Notes under the pieces: generated by a model
What the model was told of the DNA's origin: nothing
What the model saw: only the letters and a program-made list of their open reading frames with translations
The model's database searches: none
Made by a program: the position numbers and the translations under genes
Assembly (NCBI GenBank): GCA_034669905.1
Contig: JAXMOL010000065.1
Span: forward strand, 1 to 40,460
Reading direction: 5' to 3'
Length of the DNA: 40,460 bases
DNA from: Candidatus Hydrogenedentota bacterium
GTDB lineage: Bacteria; Hydrogenedentota; Hydrogenedentia; Hydrogenedentales; JAEUWI01
Shown: piece by piece, positions 8,012 through 17,908 of the stretch
Layout: every line of letters starts with the position of its first letter
How positions within the stretch are numbered: the first letter of the stretch is position 1

Positions 8012-10888
8012 ATGACAGGAGACAGCATGAGATTTTCGATACGACGTTGGGTAATAACCGGGGTGTTGCTGTTGGCGGGATTCGGCGCTGTGTCGGATGC
8101 TACGGCCCAGGCGGCACCAGAAGTGCCCGGACTGTGGGATGAGGCGTCGGTCTACCGGGATGAATACGGGACGCCCCACGTGCAGGCGAGTTCCCTGCGC
8201 GGGATGGCCTTCGGCTTTGGCTATGCCCAGGCGGAAGATCATTTGGAAACCATGCTGATGGCCTATCGCTTGGCCCTGGGCCGTGCGGCGGCGGTGGGCG
8301 GCGAGGCCTTTGCGGACAGCGATGCCTTTGCGATCCGCATTGCCAATGCGGAGACCACGCGGAACGCCATGAGCAGCATTGATGGGGAAACCCTCGCACT
8401 GTGCGAGGGCTTTGCGTTGGGGGTGAACAGTTGGATCTTTGCGCACCAGGACGAAGTGCCGGATTGGGTGGAGGGCGTGCAGCCCATGGATGTGCTGGCC
8501 TATTGGCACTATCTCATGGTGACCTCGGCGCCCTTGGACTTGCCCACGGCCTATCAACCGGAGCGCCCGTTCAAGCAGGCCAATGCCTGGGCCCTCGCGC
8601 CACAAAAGACACTGGACGGAAAGACCCTGCTGGTCATGAATCCCCACCAGCATTATCGGGCGCCCTTTCAATGGTATGAAGCCCACCTCATGCTCGGGCC
8701 GATGAATTGGGCGGGTGCCACGCTTATCGGCGTGCCGGTATTGCTCATGGGACACAATGACCACCTGGGTTGGGCCCTGACGCCCAATGAAGCCGACATT
8801 GCCGATGTGTTCCGGGAAGATATGAGCAGTCCGGCCCGTGCCGCCAATGACCCGACCTTGCCTTCGGTCATGGAAGACATGGCCCCCATCTTGAGTTTCA
8901 TGTCGACGGCCAAGACCTATTATGTGCGCACCGCCAACGGCCTGGAAGAGCGCTCGGCACCGTCCTTTGTGGGCGGGCGTGGTCCCATGTTGGAAGGGGG
9001 CGATGGGGGGCTCTATTCGTGGCGGAACGGAGCCTATGGTCAATTCGGCGGTATGGCCCAACTGCTGCGCATGGCCCAGTCCACCAACCTGGCGGCTTTC
9101 CAGGATGCCATGCTCTTGCACCAACTGCCCTGTTTTCAGGTGCTCTATGCCGATGGGGCGGGCAATCTCTTTTATCTTTATAACGCCCGGTTGGGCAATA
9201 AGAATGCGGCCCTCGCACCCGATGACGCCACGCCCGTGGATTGGACGCGGCCGGTCGATGCCAAGCGGGATTCCTTTGCGTGGCGGGACCTGGTGGGGCT
9301 GGAAAACCTGCCCCACATCGTTAACCCGGAATCGGGATTCTTGCAGGCCTGTGGCACACCGCCCTGGCTGGCCACGGTCAACAGCGGACTGCGTGCCGGG
9401 GACTGGCCCCAATGGCTCGTGCCCGAGGATGAAAATTATCGGGCCGTTCGGGTGCGCCAGATTCTTTCGGCGGGAAGCTACCACCTCTATCACATGGAGG
9501 GGATGCTTTTTGACACCCTCGTGCCCGCAGCGGTAGACATGGTGCCCCTTATCTTGAAGATGGCCCAGGCCCAGCCCCGTCGCGTCCAGGCGGCCCACCC
9601 CGATCTGGTGACGGGCCTGGCGCTGTTGAAGAATTGGAACTTGAGCGCGGATGCGAATTCAGAGGCGTTGTTGTTTTACGAACGGTGGTGGACCCTCATG
9701 AAGGCCCGTCATCAGGCGGACTTCGCGAACGAAGCAGCCCTCTATCGGGGCCTGCTCCAGAATACGCCTGCTGCCCAGGAATCCGTGCTGGCGGCCCTGG
9801 AAGATGCGGCCCGGGGCTTGCGCAACGATTTCAATCGCCTGGCCATTCCCTGGGGTGAAATGCACCGCATCAACCGGGGGGGGCGGGATGAGGCCATGTT
9901 TGGCTCGGATGTAGGCGATTCGATTTTCGTGGCCCGGGGCCGACTGACGGGGGGACGGCGTCAGGTGGACTTTGGCTACGGATTCGCCATGGCCGTTGAG
10001 TTTGGTGAGACACCCCGCGCGCTGAGCATTGTGCCCTTTGGCGCTTCGGAAAAGCCCGCGTCGCCCCACTATCGGGACCAGATGGATCGCTATCTGCAGG
10101 GGCGGATGAAGGATACCCATTTCAGCTACGCCGATGTGGCGCGCCATGCCCGCTCGGGATTTGGTCGTCGTGTCGTCCTGGGGGTGCCCGAGCTCACGGG
10201 CACCTGCGCCTTCCGCGTGGCGTCGCCCCAGTCTATTGCATTGGAGACGGTCAACTATCCACCCCGCCCCTACCCCACGGGTCAGGTGCCTTTCACGCCC
10301 ACCGTGCGGCCCCAGGTTGGCGCGGGAAGCGACGGGATGTCGTGGGAGCTGGAGTGGTACGTGCCCGAATCGGTCTGTCGCTCCGAGAGTCAATCGCGCC
10401 TGCGCTTTTACACCTACACCCGGGATGGCGGCTGGGAAGTACTTCTTAGTCAGCGCTTTGACGATACGCGCCGGGCCTTTGTGGGCTCGGGTTCGGGCCC
10501 GGTCATGATGGCCATCATGGGGCCGGAGGTGTTGCGGGAAAAACCGGCGGACGATGAGACGCCGATCTTGACGGCGGAAGCGGAGCGCCCTGAAGAAGGG
10601 AAGACGGGGGCCTTTGAGGCGAACCCCGCCGAGGTCGTGGTGAATCCCACACCGGTGCCGGAAGAGGGCGACGTGGTGCCCGGGGATGAGGCGATGGTGG
10701 AAACGGCCGCACCCGCCGCACCGGCGCCCCAACAACGCCTTTTCGATCTTGAAGTGGTGGGTGGTCCCGCCGCAGCGGGCGGGGAGAATGGGGAGGTGGA
10801 GAAGAAGAAAGGATTCTTTAAGCGCCTGCGCGGAAAGAAGAAAGATGAAAATCTACCCGAGACCAATGATGTGCCCGTGGCCGAGTAA
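8012..10888 (+). CDS. Penicillin acylase (peptidase S45) family protein, probably catalytically inactive, with C-terminal extension
   Basis: Signal peptide; YRDEYGTPHV, FGFGYAQAED, NPH, WYEAHL and LGWALT motifs; catalytic Ser and Asn positions substituted; start could be 8027. Confidence 0.9.
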   Translation: MTGDSMRFSIRRWVITGVLLLAGFGAVSDATAQAAPEVPGLWDEASVYRDEYGTPHVQASSLRGMAFGFGYAQAEDHLETMLMAYRLALGRAAAVGGEAFADSDAFAIRIANAETTRNAMSSIDGETLALCEGFALGVNSWIFAHQDEVPDWVEGVQPMDVLAYWHYLMVTSAPLDLPTAYQPERPFKQANAWALAPQKTLDGKTLLVMNPHQHYRAPFQWYEAHLMLGPMNWAGATLIGVPVLLMGHNDHLGWALTPNEADIADVFREDMSSPARAANDPTLPSVMEDMAPILSFMSTAKTYYVRTANGLEERSAPSFVGGRGPMLEGGDGGLYSWRNGAYGQFGGMAQLLRMAQSTNLAAFQDAMLLHQLPCFQVLYADGAGNLFYLYNARLGNKNAALAPDDATPVDWTRPVDAKRDSFAWRDLVGLENLPHIVNPESGFLQACGTPPWLATVNSGLRAGDWPQWLVPEDENYRAVRVRQILSAGSYHLYHMEGMLFDTLVPAAVDMVPLILKMAQAQPRRVQAAHPDLVTGLALLKNWNLSADANSEALLFYERWWTLMKARHQADFANEAALYRGLLQNTPAAQESVLAALEDAARGLRNDFNRLAIPWGEMHRINRGGRDEAMFGSDVGDSIFVARGRLTGGRRQVDFGYGFAMAVEFGETPRALSIVPFGASEKPASPHYRDQMDRYLQGRMKDTHFSYADVARHARSGFGRRVVLGVPELTGTCAFRVASPQSIALETVNYPPRPYPTGQVPFTPTVRPQVGAGSDGMSWELEWYVPESVCRSESQSRLRFYTYTRDGGWEVLLSQRFDDTRRAFVGSGSGPVMMAIMGPEVLREKPADDETPILTAEAERPEEGKTGAFEANPAEVVVNPTPVPEEGDVVPGDEAMVETAAPAAPAPQQRLFDLEVVGGPAAAGGENGEVEKKKGFFKRLRGKKKDENLPETNDVPVAE

Positions 10889-11756
10889 TCCCGTTCGGAC
10901 CATGCTGTGTTGCTGTCTGGCGCTTTTGGGTAGCGCGCCTCTTTTCGGGGCTGAAGCGTCGGTTTATTTTCAGGCCCACCGGGGGGGATTGGAAGAAGTG
11001 CCGGAAAACACCCTGGCCGCCATGAAACACGCCTGGGCCATTCCCGGGGCCGTGCCGGAAATCGACATCCGGACGACCCAGGATGGGGTGCTGGTATGCA
11101 TCCACGACGAGACCCCCCGCCGCACCACCAACGCCCCAGCGGATTGGGCGGATAAGGCCATTCGCGAGATTCCCCTGGCGACGCTTCAGTCCTGGGATGC
11201 CGGCAGTTACTTTGACCCCGCTTACGCTGGGGAACGGGTGCCCACCCTGGACGCCGTGTTGGACATGCTGGCGGCGGACCCCGCGCGCCAACTCTATCTC
11301 GACCTGAAGGCGGTGGACAACGGGCAGGTCATCGAAAAACTGAAAGCCCGCAACGTGACGGCCCAGGTGATTTTTGTCCATGGGCGTCCGGCGGAGTGCA
11401 AAGTGCTGAGTCAGTCGTGGCCCGGTGCGCGGACTATGACCTGGCTGAGTGGTCCGCCGACGCGTATCAAGGCCCGCTTTCGTGAACTCGCGGAAGAGAA
11501 GTTTGACGGTATCAGCCAGATTCAGTTGCACCTCCAACCTGCCGAAAAAGGCGTTCCCGGTACCTATGCACTGGGAGAAGAATTCCTCGCCGAGGCCGTG
11601 AAAACCGTCGCCGATACCGGTGCCACCCTGCAGGTCCGTCCCTTCGTGTTTGATACGGCGTCCTTGCGTGCGCTGATTGACCGGGGTATCTATTGGTACG
11701 TCGCCGATGCGCCCCGGGCCCTGCGAAAGGATATTGAGGCGGCGTTGGCGAAGTAG
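10866..11756 (+). CDS. Glycerophosphodiester phosphodiesterase family protein
   Basis: AHRG, PENT, EIDIRTTQDGVLVCIHD and RVPTL motifs; start uncertain (10866, 10869 or 10902). Confidence 0.9.
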   Translation: MMCPWPSNPVRTMLCCCLALLGSAPLFGAEASVYFQAHRGGLEEVPENTLAAMKHAWAIPGAVPEIDIRTTQDGVLVCIHDETPRRTTNAPADWADKAIREIPLATLQSWDAGSYFDPAYAGERVPTLDAVLDMLAADPARQLYLDLKAVDNGQVIEKLKARNVTAQVIFVHGRPAECKVLSQSWPGARTMTWLSGPPTRIKARFRELAEEKFDGISQIQLHLQPAEKGVPGTYALGEEFLAEAVKTVADTGATLQVRPFVFDTASLRALIDRGIYWYVADAPRALRKDIEAALAK

Positions 11757-11811
11757 GGAGGCTCTGGAGCGCTGGCGACGTGTCGGCATGGGACGGGGAG
11801 CGGCACGGCCA

Positions 11812-12012
11812 TATGGAGCGCCGGCGGCCCGTCGGCAAGGGACGCGCAGCGCCGGCAAGGGCCTGCCTTGTCTTGTTCGACCCCGTCATTCCCGCGAAGG
11901 CGGGAATCCAGGGATGGGTCACGATGTCGTTGCTGCGTACTGGATTCCCACCTTCGTGGGAATGACGGCCCGTTTGGCCGTTCCTATGCCGGCGGGCCGC
12001 CGGCGCTCCATA
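11812..12012. repeat. Nested inverted repeats of two REP-like families
   Basis: Outer arms 11812-11837 and 11987-12012 match at 25/26; inner arms ccgtcattcccgcgaaggcgggaatccag (11883-11911) and ctggattcccaccttcgtgggaatgacgg (11940-11968). Confidence 0.9.
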
Positions 12013-12352
12013 GCTTGCCGTTTGCTTCGGGGCGTCGCGGCTGTCATGGCGTGTCGTTGAGACCGTGGGAGAGCGGGCTCTTGTGGCTGTACTTCGTGCC
12101 CCTGGAAGGTGTTGGTGGGCTTTGTGTCAGGCGGGACACCTAACCCGCCACGGTGCGTCTGCGTTCCGGGAGGAAGCCGATGGCCGCTCCAGACGCCCCC
12201 CGTTGCCGGGAGAAATGGCAAAAACAGGGCCGTTTCGCTTATGCTATAGGGAAATCCCGGGCGCGTTGGCTGTGTTGTGCCCGGGTTCTCCGCCTGTTGC
12301 CGTGCCGCTGTTACCCCTTGGCGCGCTACCGAATCTCGTTTTGAGGAATATC

Positions 12353-13210
12353 ATGTTAACCGCCCTGGTCTATACCACCTTTATTCTGGGCAACCTCCTG
12401 CTGTTTGCCAGCGCGGCGGTGGCCCTGGGTTATCTGTGGATGAGCCGCAATGGTAATGCCCTTACCTTGGCCTACCGCCTTTCCTTTGGCGCATTGATTG
12501 TCCTGATTATGTCGGTTTCGTTGCGGACGGCGCAGTGGCAGTTGGTGCCCTTTACGACAGCGGCCGACTCGCTGAGCCTTTTTACGACCTTGAGCCTGGC
12601 GGTCTTGATTATTCAGCTGGCCCTGTTTGCCAACCACCGCGCGTTGCTGTGCTTTTATTTACCGGCCCTGGCGCTTATTGGCGGGCTGAGTCTTTTTACG
12701 GCCCACCCGACCCTTTCGGAGGCGCCCAAGCCTCTGAGCGGCGGACTGCTCATCGCCCACGTGGGCCTGGTCTTTCTGGCCTTTGCCCTGTTTTTCCTGG
12801 CGGGCCTCAACAGTGTGGCCTATGCCTTCCAGGCCCACCGCCTCAAGTTGCGGAAGACGACGGGGCTGTTTCAGCGCTTGCCTTCGCTGGAGGCCCTCGA
12901 CAAAAACCTTTTCCAGCTCATCCGTGCGGGCTATCCCACCTTTGTGGTGACCCTGGTGGTGGGCGGTTTCTGGGTGTGGTATGAAGGGCACCAGCTCAGC
13001 CCCACGTGGTGGCTGTCTCCCAAGATTGGTATGGCCATCGCCATGTTGCTCTTCTATGCCTTCAGCTACCATGCCCGAGCGGCGGGGTGGTTGCGGGGTC
13101 CCAAGCTGGCCCACATCGTGTGTTATGGCACCGGGGCCCTTATCGGACTCTATCTCGTGTTGGCCCTTTTTGGTGCCCTTAACTACAACTTCTACGAGGC
13201 CGCAGGATGA
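12353..13210 (+). CDS. Cytochrome c assembly protein family member (CcsA/HemX/YpjD-like)
   Basis: About 8 TM segments; conserved His (IAHV); RLPSLEALD; degenerate WWD region WWLSPK; GAGGA RBS; overlaps the hemA start. Confidence 0.85.
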   Translation: MLTALVYTTFILGNLLLFASAAVALGYLWMSRNGNALTLAYRLSFGALIVLIMSVSLRTAQWQLVPFTTAADSLSLFTTLSLAVLIIQLALFANHRALLCFYLPALALIGGLSLFTAHPTLSEAPKPLSGGLLIAHVGLVFLAFALFFLAGLNSVAYAFQAHRLKLRKTTGLFQRLPSLEALDKNLFQLIRAGYPTFVVTLVVGGFWVWYEGHQLSPTWWLSPKIGMAIAMLLFYAFSYHARAAGWLRGPKLAHIVCYGTGALIGLYLVLALFGALNYNFYEAAG

Positions 13211-14484
13211 CCATCTCCCTTACCGGGTTGAGCCACCATACCTGTCCCGTGGAATTGCGGGAGCGCCTTTCCTTTCCGGAAGAGCGTTTGCCCGCTGCCT
13301 TGCTGAAGCTCAAGCAGGAGTTGCATGATGGTGGTGCGGTGATTTTGAGCACCTGCAACCGGGTGGAAGTCTATACGCGGGACGAAGTGGCCCCGGAGCA
13401 CCTGCACGAACAGGTCCGCGCTTTTTTGTGTGCCTGGCACGATCTGGCCCCCGAGGCCTTTACCGAGCATATTTACGAGTATTACAACCGTGAGGCCGTG
13501 GCCCATCTCTTTCGGGTGGCCTCGAGCCTCGACAGCATGGTGGTGGGCGAGGATCAGATCCTCGGTCAGGTCCATGATGCCTATCTGGTGGCCCAGGCGG
13601 AAGGAGCCACCGACAAGATTTTGAATGCCCTCTTCCAGCGCGCCTTCAAGGTGGCCAAGGAAGTGCGAACCAAGACCAACATCAACGTGGGTAAGGTGTC
13701 GGTCTCCTCGGTGGCCGTCGACTTGGCCGCGTCGATCTTTGGGGACCTGTCGGAGAAAACGGTGTTGGTCATCGGATCGGGGGAAACGGGCGAACTGGCC
13801 CTCAAGAGCCTGGTCGACCGGGGTGTGGGCAAGGTGCTGGTGGCGAATCGCACCCTGGCGCACGCGGAAAGGATTGCGACCCAGTATTCCGGGGAGCCGT
13901 TGGCCTTGGCCGATCTGTCGGACTATCTCCACCGCGCCGATATCATTATTTCTTCGACGGCGGCGAAAGAGCCTATCCTCCATAGCGCCGATTTTCAGAA
14001 GGCCCTGCGCAAGCGAGACCAGGCCCCCATGTTTGTCATCGATATTGCCGTGCCACGGGATGTGGATGCGGCGGTCGGCGACCTCGACAACGTGTATTGC
14101 TATGACATGGACGACCTGGAGACGGTGGCCGCGCAGAACATGGAGTCGCGGCGGGCGGAGATGGCGGTATGTCTCGAGTTGGTGGAGCAGCAGGTGGACC
14201 GGTTTATCCACTGGCGACAGAGCCTGTATGCCGAGCCCACCATTGTTTCCATGACCCAGGAGTTGCATGCCATTCGGGAGCGGGAGCTGGAGAAGACCCT
14301 GGCGGGCCTGCCCGATTTGACGGAGAAGCAGCGGGCGGAGGTGGAGTATTTGACGAAACGTATTGTGAATAATATCTTGCAGCGGCCCATGAGCCAGATT
14401 AAGCAGGAAGTGGTAAAGGAAGACGCTGGCCGGGTGATTCATCTGGTGAAGCGGCTCTTTGGCCTGGAGGAAAGTGCCGGATGA
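13207..14484 (+). CDS. hemA: Glutamyl-tRNA reductase
   Basis: LSTCNRVE, SSLDSMVVGEDQILGQV, GSGETG and DIAVPRD motifs. Confidence 0.97.
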   Translation: MTISLTGLSHHTCPVELRERLSFPEERLPAALLKLKQELHDGGAVILSTCNRVEVYTRDEVAPEHLHEQVRAFLCAWHDLAPEAFTEHIYEYYNREAVAHLFRVASSLDSMVVGEDQILGQVHDAYLVAQAEGATDKILNALFQRAFKVAKEVRTKTNINVGKVSVSSVAVDLAASIFGDLSEKTVLVIGSGETGELALKSLVDRGVGKVLVANRTLAHAERIATQYSGEPLALADLSDYLHRADIIISSTAAKEPILHSADFQKALRKRDQAPMFVIDIAVPRDVDAAVGDLDNVYCYDMDDLETVAAQNMESRRAEMAVCLELVEQQVDRFIHWRQSLYAEPTIVSMTQELHAIRERELEKTLAGLPDLTEKQRAEVEYLTKRIVNNILQRPMSQIKQEVVKEDAGRVIHLVKRLFGLEESAG

Positions 14485-16175
14485 CCCGGATTGTAATTGG
14501 ATCGCGGGGAAGCGATCTGGCCCTGACACAGACAAACTATATTGCCGATCGCTTGCGGGCTCTTTCGCCCGATCTGGAAGTGGCTGTGGAGATCATCTCC
14601 ACCAAGGGTGACCGGGTGACCGATGTGCCCCTGGCCCAGGTGGGCGGCAAAGGGGTCTTCACCAAAGAACTTGAAGTGGCGCTGCTGGAGGGCACCATTG
14701 ACCTCGCCGTGCACAGCCTCAAGGACTTGCCCACGGAACTGCCGGGCGGCCTGGCCCTCGGCGCCGTGCCGGAGCGGGAAAACCCCACCGATGCCCTCAT
14801 CAGTGCGTCGGGTGTGGGCCTGATGGAGCTGCCCCAGGGCGCCAAGGTGGGCACTTCGAGCACGCGCCGTCAGGTACAGTTGCGCGCCTGCCGTCCTGAT
14901 CTCCAGTTGGTGGACCTGCGGGGTAACGTGCCTACACGCCTGAAGAAATTACACAGCGAAGGGCTCGACGCCATTGTGTTGGCCACGTCGGGTCTGATTC
15001 GCCTGGGACTCGATTCCCATATCACCGCCCACATGAAGCCAGAGCACATGCTTTCGGCGGTGGGGCAGGGAGCCCTGGGCATTGAAATCCGGGAGAACGA
15101 TCCCGTGCTGGGTCCCCTCGTTGCCCAACTACACGACCGGGAAACAGCGGCGGCCACGACGGCAGAGCGTACCCTCCTCGATGCACTCGGCGGCGGGTGT
15201 CAGGTGCCCCTGGGTGCCCTGGCGACGGTCTCGGGTAACACGCTCAGCCTGCAGGCCTGCGCGTGCAGTCCCGACGGGCGCCAGGTCATTCGGGCGACCG
15301 AAAGCGGTTCTATCGATGCGCCCGAAGCCCTGGGGCGCACGGTGGCCCAGTCACTTATTGATGGCGGCGCGTCGGCCTTTATCCAGCAGGTGGGGCTTGA
15401 CGCCCTGAAGGCGAAACAGCCCTTGGCGGGCACGACCATCGTGGTGACCCGTGCCGCGAACCAGGCCAGCCTCCTTTCCGATGAGCTGAATGCCCTGGGC
15501 GCACGGGTTCTCGATTTTCCGACCATCGCCATCAACCCCTGCCTCCCGGAAAAATCGGTGGAGGGTGCCTACGACTGGATCATCTTCACCAGCGCGAACG
15601 GGGTGAATCACTTCGTGGCGGCCCTCGAAACGGAAGGGCGCAGCCTGGCCGAATTTCGCGCGGCGGATTTCTGTGCCATTGGTCCGGCGACGGCGGTGGC
15701 CCTGCGCGCCCATAAGGTGCCTATCAGCTTGACGCCGGAGCAGTATGTGGCCGAGTCGATTCTCGATGGGATCACCGCACTGGAAGACTCCCTGAAGGGG
15801 AAACGCATTTTAATGCCCAAAGGAAATCTGGCGCGGCCCGCCTTGCCTGCCGCCCTGCGGGAAGCCGGGGCCGACGTGACCGAGTGTGTCGTCTACGACA
15901 CGGTCATGCCCGAGATAGACCCGGGGCTCGTGGAGCAGCTGTTGGCCACGTGCCCCCACTGGGTGACCTTCACCAGCTCGTCGACGGCACGAAACTTTGT
16001 GGCGGCCCTGAGTGACGCCGAGTTGGCCCAGGTGAAATCGTGCGCGCGCTTTGCGTCCATTGGCCCCATCACGACGGCGACGGCGAAGGAATTGGGACTG
16101 CCCATTGCGGTGGAGCCCGCCCAACACGAAATTCCGGCGCTGATTCATGCTTTGGTGGATGCCCCTTCAGCGTAG
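14481..16175 (+). CDS. hemC: Fused hydroxymethylbilane synthase / uroporphyrinogen-III synthase (HemC-HemD)
   Basis: N-terminal GSRGSDLAL, GGKGVFTKELE, AVHSLKD, GTSS and LRGNV, with GGCQVP cofactor Cys; C-terminal HemD motifs IVVTR, IFTSANGV, AIGPATA and FTSSST. Confidence 0.95.
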   Translation: MTRIVIGSRGSDLALTQTNYIADRLRALSPDLEVAVEIISTKGDRVTDVPLAQVGGKGVFTKELEVALLEGTIDLAVHSLKDLPTELPGGLALGAVPERENPTDALISASGVGLMELPQGAKVGTSSTRRQVQLRACRPDLQLVDLRGNVPTRLKKLHSEGLDAIVLATSGLIRLGLDSHITAHMKPEHMLSAVGQGALGIEIRENDPVLGPLVAQLHDRETAAATTAERTLLDALGGGCQVPLGALATVSGNTLSLQACACSPDGRQVIRATESGSIDAPEALGRTVAQSLIDGGASAFIQQVGLDALKAKQPLAGTTIVVTRAANQASLLSDELNALGARVLDFPTIAINPCLPEKSVEGAYDWIIFTSANGVNHFVAALETEGRSLAEFRAADFCAIGPATAVALRAHKVPISLTPEQYVAESILDGITALEDSLKGKRILMPKGNLARPALPAALREAGADVTECVVYDTVMPEIDPGLVEQLLATCPHWVTFTSSSTARNFVAALSDAELAQVKSCARFASIGPITTATAKELGLPIAVEPAQHEIPALIHALVDAPSA

Positions 16176-16305
16176 GTTGCCTGGAGCGATGATATAAATC
16201 CCGATGGCCTCCGGGCCATGCATTTAAAATTTGATAGCGAGTGCGTTGATTCAAGCAGATGGGCCATTGTTACGGCTACCTGAATTGCCTAAGTTACTGA
16301 AGATA

Positions 16306-16409
16306 ACTCCCCTCCCTGGAGGGGCCGGGGGTGGGTCAAGTCATGAAAAGAAACCCAACCCACCCCTAACCCGCCACGGCGCATCTGCGACCCTACCGGG
16401 AGGGGAATT
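16306..16409. repeat. REP-like palindromic element between hemC-hemD and hemB
   Basis: actcccctccctggaggggccgggggtggg ... acccacccctaaccc...ccgggaggggaatt. Confidence 0.75.
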
Positions 16410-16505
16410 TATTACCGAAATTCCCCGCAGGTTCAAGCGAACTTAAATGTCCACAATTCTAATTCACACCACTGGCACCCCTCTTTTTCTCAAGGAGAAC
16501 AATTG

Positions 16506-17495
16506 ATGTTTCCCATCACCCGCATGCGCCGATTGCGGCGCAATGAGACGATGCGCCGCATGGTGCGTGAGACTTCGCTGAATGTCTCAGATTTTATTCT
16601 GCCCCTGTTTGTGCGGCCGGGAACGGGGATCCGCAATCCCATCGTCTCCATGCCCGGACAGTTTCAGTTTTCGGTGGATACCCTCGTGGAAGAAGCCAAG
16701 GCCATTCAGGATTTGGGTATTCCGGGCATCATCCTTTTTGGTATTCCCAAGATTAAGGATGCGCTGGGAACCCAGGCCTACGCAAGCGATGCCATCGTGT
16801 GTCGGGCCGTGGAAGCCGTGAAAAAGGCGTGCCCGGACTTGTGCGTTATCACCGATGTCTGCATGTGTGAATATACCGACCACGGCCACTGTGGTGCCAT
16901 TGAACCCAACCGCGACGGCCGTCCCGATGTGGACAATGACAAGACCCTCGAGTTGCTCGTGAATGAGTCCCTGGCCCATGCGGGGGCGGGGGCGGATATG
17001 GTGGCTCCCTCCGACATGATGGACGGGCGCATTGGCGAAATCCGCATGGCCCTCGATGAAAACGACTTCAGTGACGTGCCGGTCATGGCCTACAGCGCCA
17101 AGTTTGCCTCCGCCTTTTACGGCCCCTTCCGCGACGCGGCCGAGTCCCCGCCCAGTTTTGGGGACCGCCGCTCCTACCAGATGGACCCGGCGAATCTGAA
17201 CGAGGCCATGCGGGAAATTGAGCTGGACATCGAGGAGGGTGCCGACATCGTTATGGTGAAACCGGCCCTGCCCTACCTCGACGTCATCCGCTGGGCGGCC
17301 GATAATTTTGACCTGCCCATCGCGGCCTATAATGTTTCTGGCGAATACGCCATGATTAAGGCGGCCGGAGCCAACGGCTGGATTGATGAGAAGAAGGCGG
17401 CGATGGAATCCCTGCTCTCCATCAAGCGGGCGGGGGCCAAAATGATCCTGACCTACTGGGCCAAAGACGCGGCGAAGTGGCTGGCGGAGAAATAG
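16506..17495 (+). CDS. hemB: Porphobilinogen synthase (Zn-binding type)
   Basis: [32 protein letters not shown] and AYNVSGEY motifs; AAGGAG RBS. Confidence 0.97.
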   Translation: MFPITRMRRLRRNETMRRMVRETSLNVSDFILPLFVRPGTGIRNPIVSMPGQFQFSVDTLVEEAKAIQDLGIPGIILFGIPKIKDALGTQAYASDAIVCRAVEAVKKACPDLCVITDVCMCEYTDHGHCGAIEPNRDGRPDVDNDKTLELLVNESLAHAGAGADMVAPSDMMDGRIGEIRMALDENDFSDVPVMAYSAKFASAFYGPFRDAAESPPSFGDRRSYQMDPANLNEAMREIELDIEEGADIVMVKPALPYLDVIRWAADNFDLPIAAYNVSGEYAMIKAAGANGWIDEKKAAMESLLSIKRAGAKMILTYWAKDAAKWLAEK

Positions 17496-17550
17496 CGGCC
17501 CTCTTGTGCGCGGAGTCCCGGTGATACGGGGCAACAGAAGATAAAACAGG

Positions 17551-17595
17551 CGCCCCCGCCGATGGAAACAGGTTTTCCACGGCGGGGGCGTTTTT
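17551..17595 (+). terminator. Rho-independent terminator after hemB
   Basis: Stem cgcccccgccg / cggcgggggcg followed by ttttt; lies between convergent genes. Confidence 0.85.
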
Positions 17596-17622
17596 ATGGG
17601 GATAGGGAGAGGGATGCTCTGC

Positions 17623-17754
17623 CTATTTACGGGAAAGTTCCGAAGGGCTCGTGCCGCGCTTCTCGCGTTTCACGCGCCGTTTCTCCTTGATGGACAGGAC
17701 CTTCTCTTTTTGTCGTTCGCGTTTGTGTTTGTCTTTCTTACCAGTGTCACCCAC
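17623..17754 (-). CDS. 43-aa Lys/Arg-rich small protein (absent from the ORF track)
   Basis: Translated by hand as MGDTGKKDKHKRERQKEKVLSIKEKRRVKREKRGTSPSELSRK*; GTG start with GAAGGA RBS; ends just before the terminator hairpin. Confidence 0.75.
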   Translation of the reverse strand: MGDTGKKDKHKRERQKEKVLSIKEKRRVKREKRGTSPSELSRK

Positions 17755-17797
17755 GATAGGTTCCTTCTCGAACCCCGTGCGCTCACACACGGGGAAA

Positions 17798-17908
17798 TTA
17801 TTGAAATTCCGTGTTGAATGCGAATGAACAGCATGTGCTCACCGGGGGCGAACGCGTCCTCGCGTTGATGGGAGTGGTCTGGGCGTAGGGCTTGTAGAAG
17901 ACTCTCAC
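17798..17908 (-). CDS. Putative 36-aa upstream (leader) ORF containing RSPP
   Basis: Translated by hand as MRVFYKPYAQTTPINARTRSPPVSTCCSFAFNTEFQ*; AAGAAAGGTGA ends 6 nt before the GTG. Confidence 0.4.
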   Translation of the reverse strand: MRVFYKPYAQTTPINARTRSPPVSTCCSFAFNTEFQ

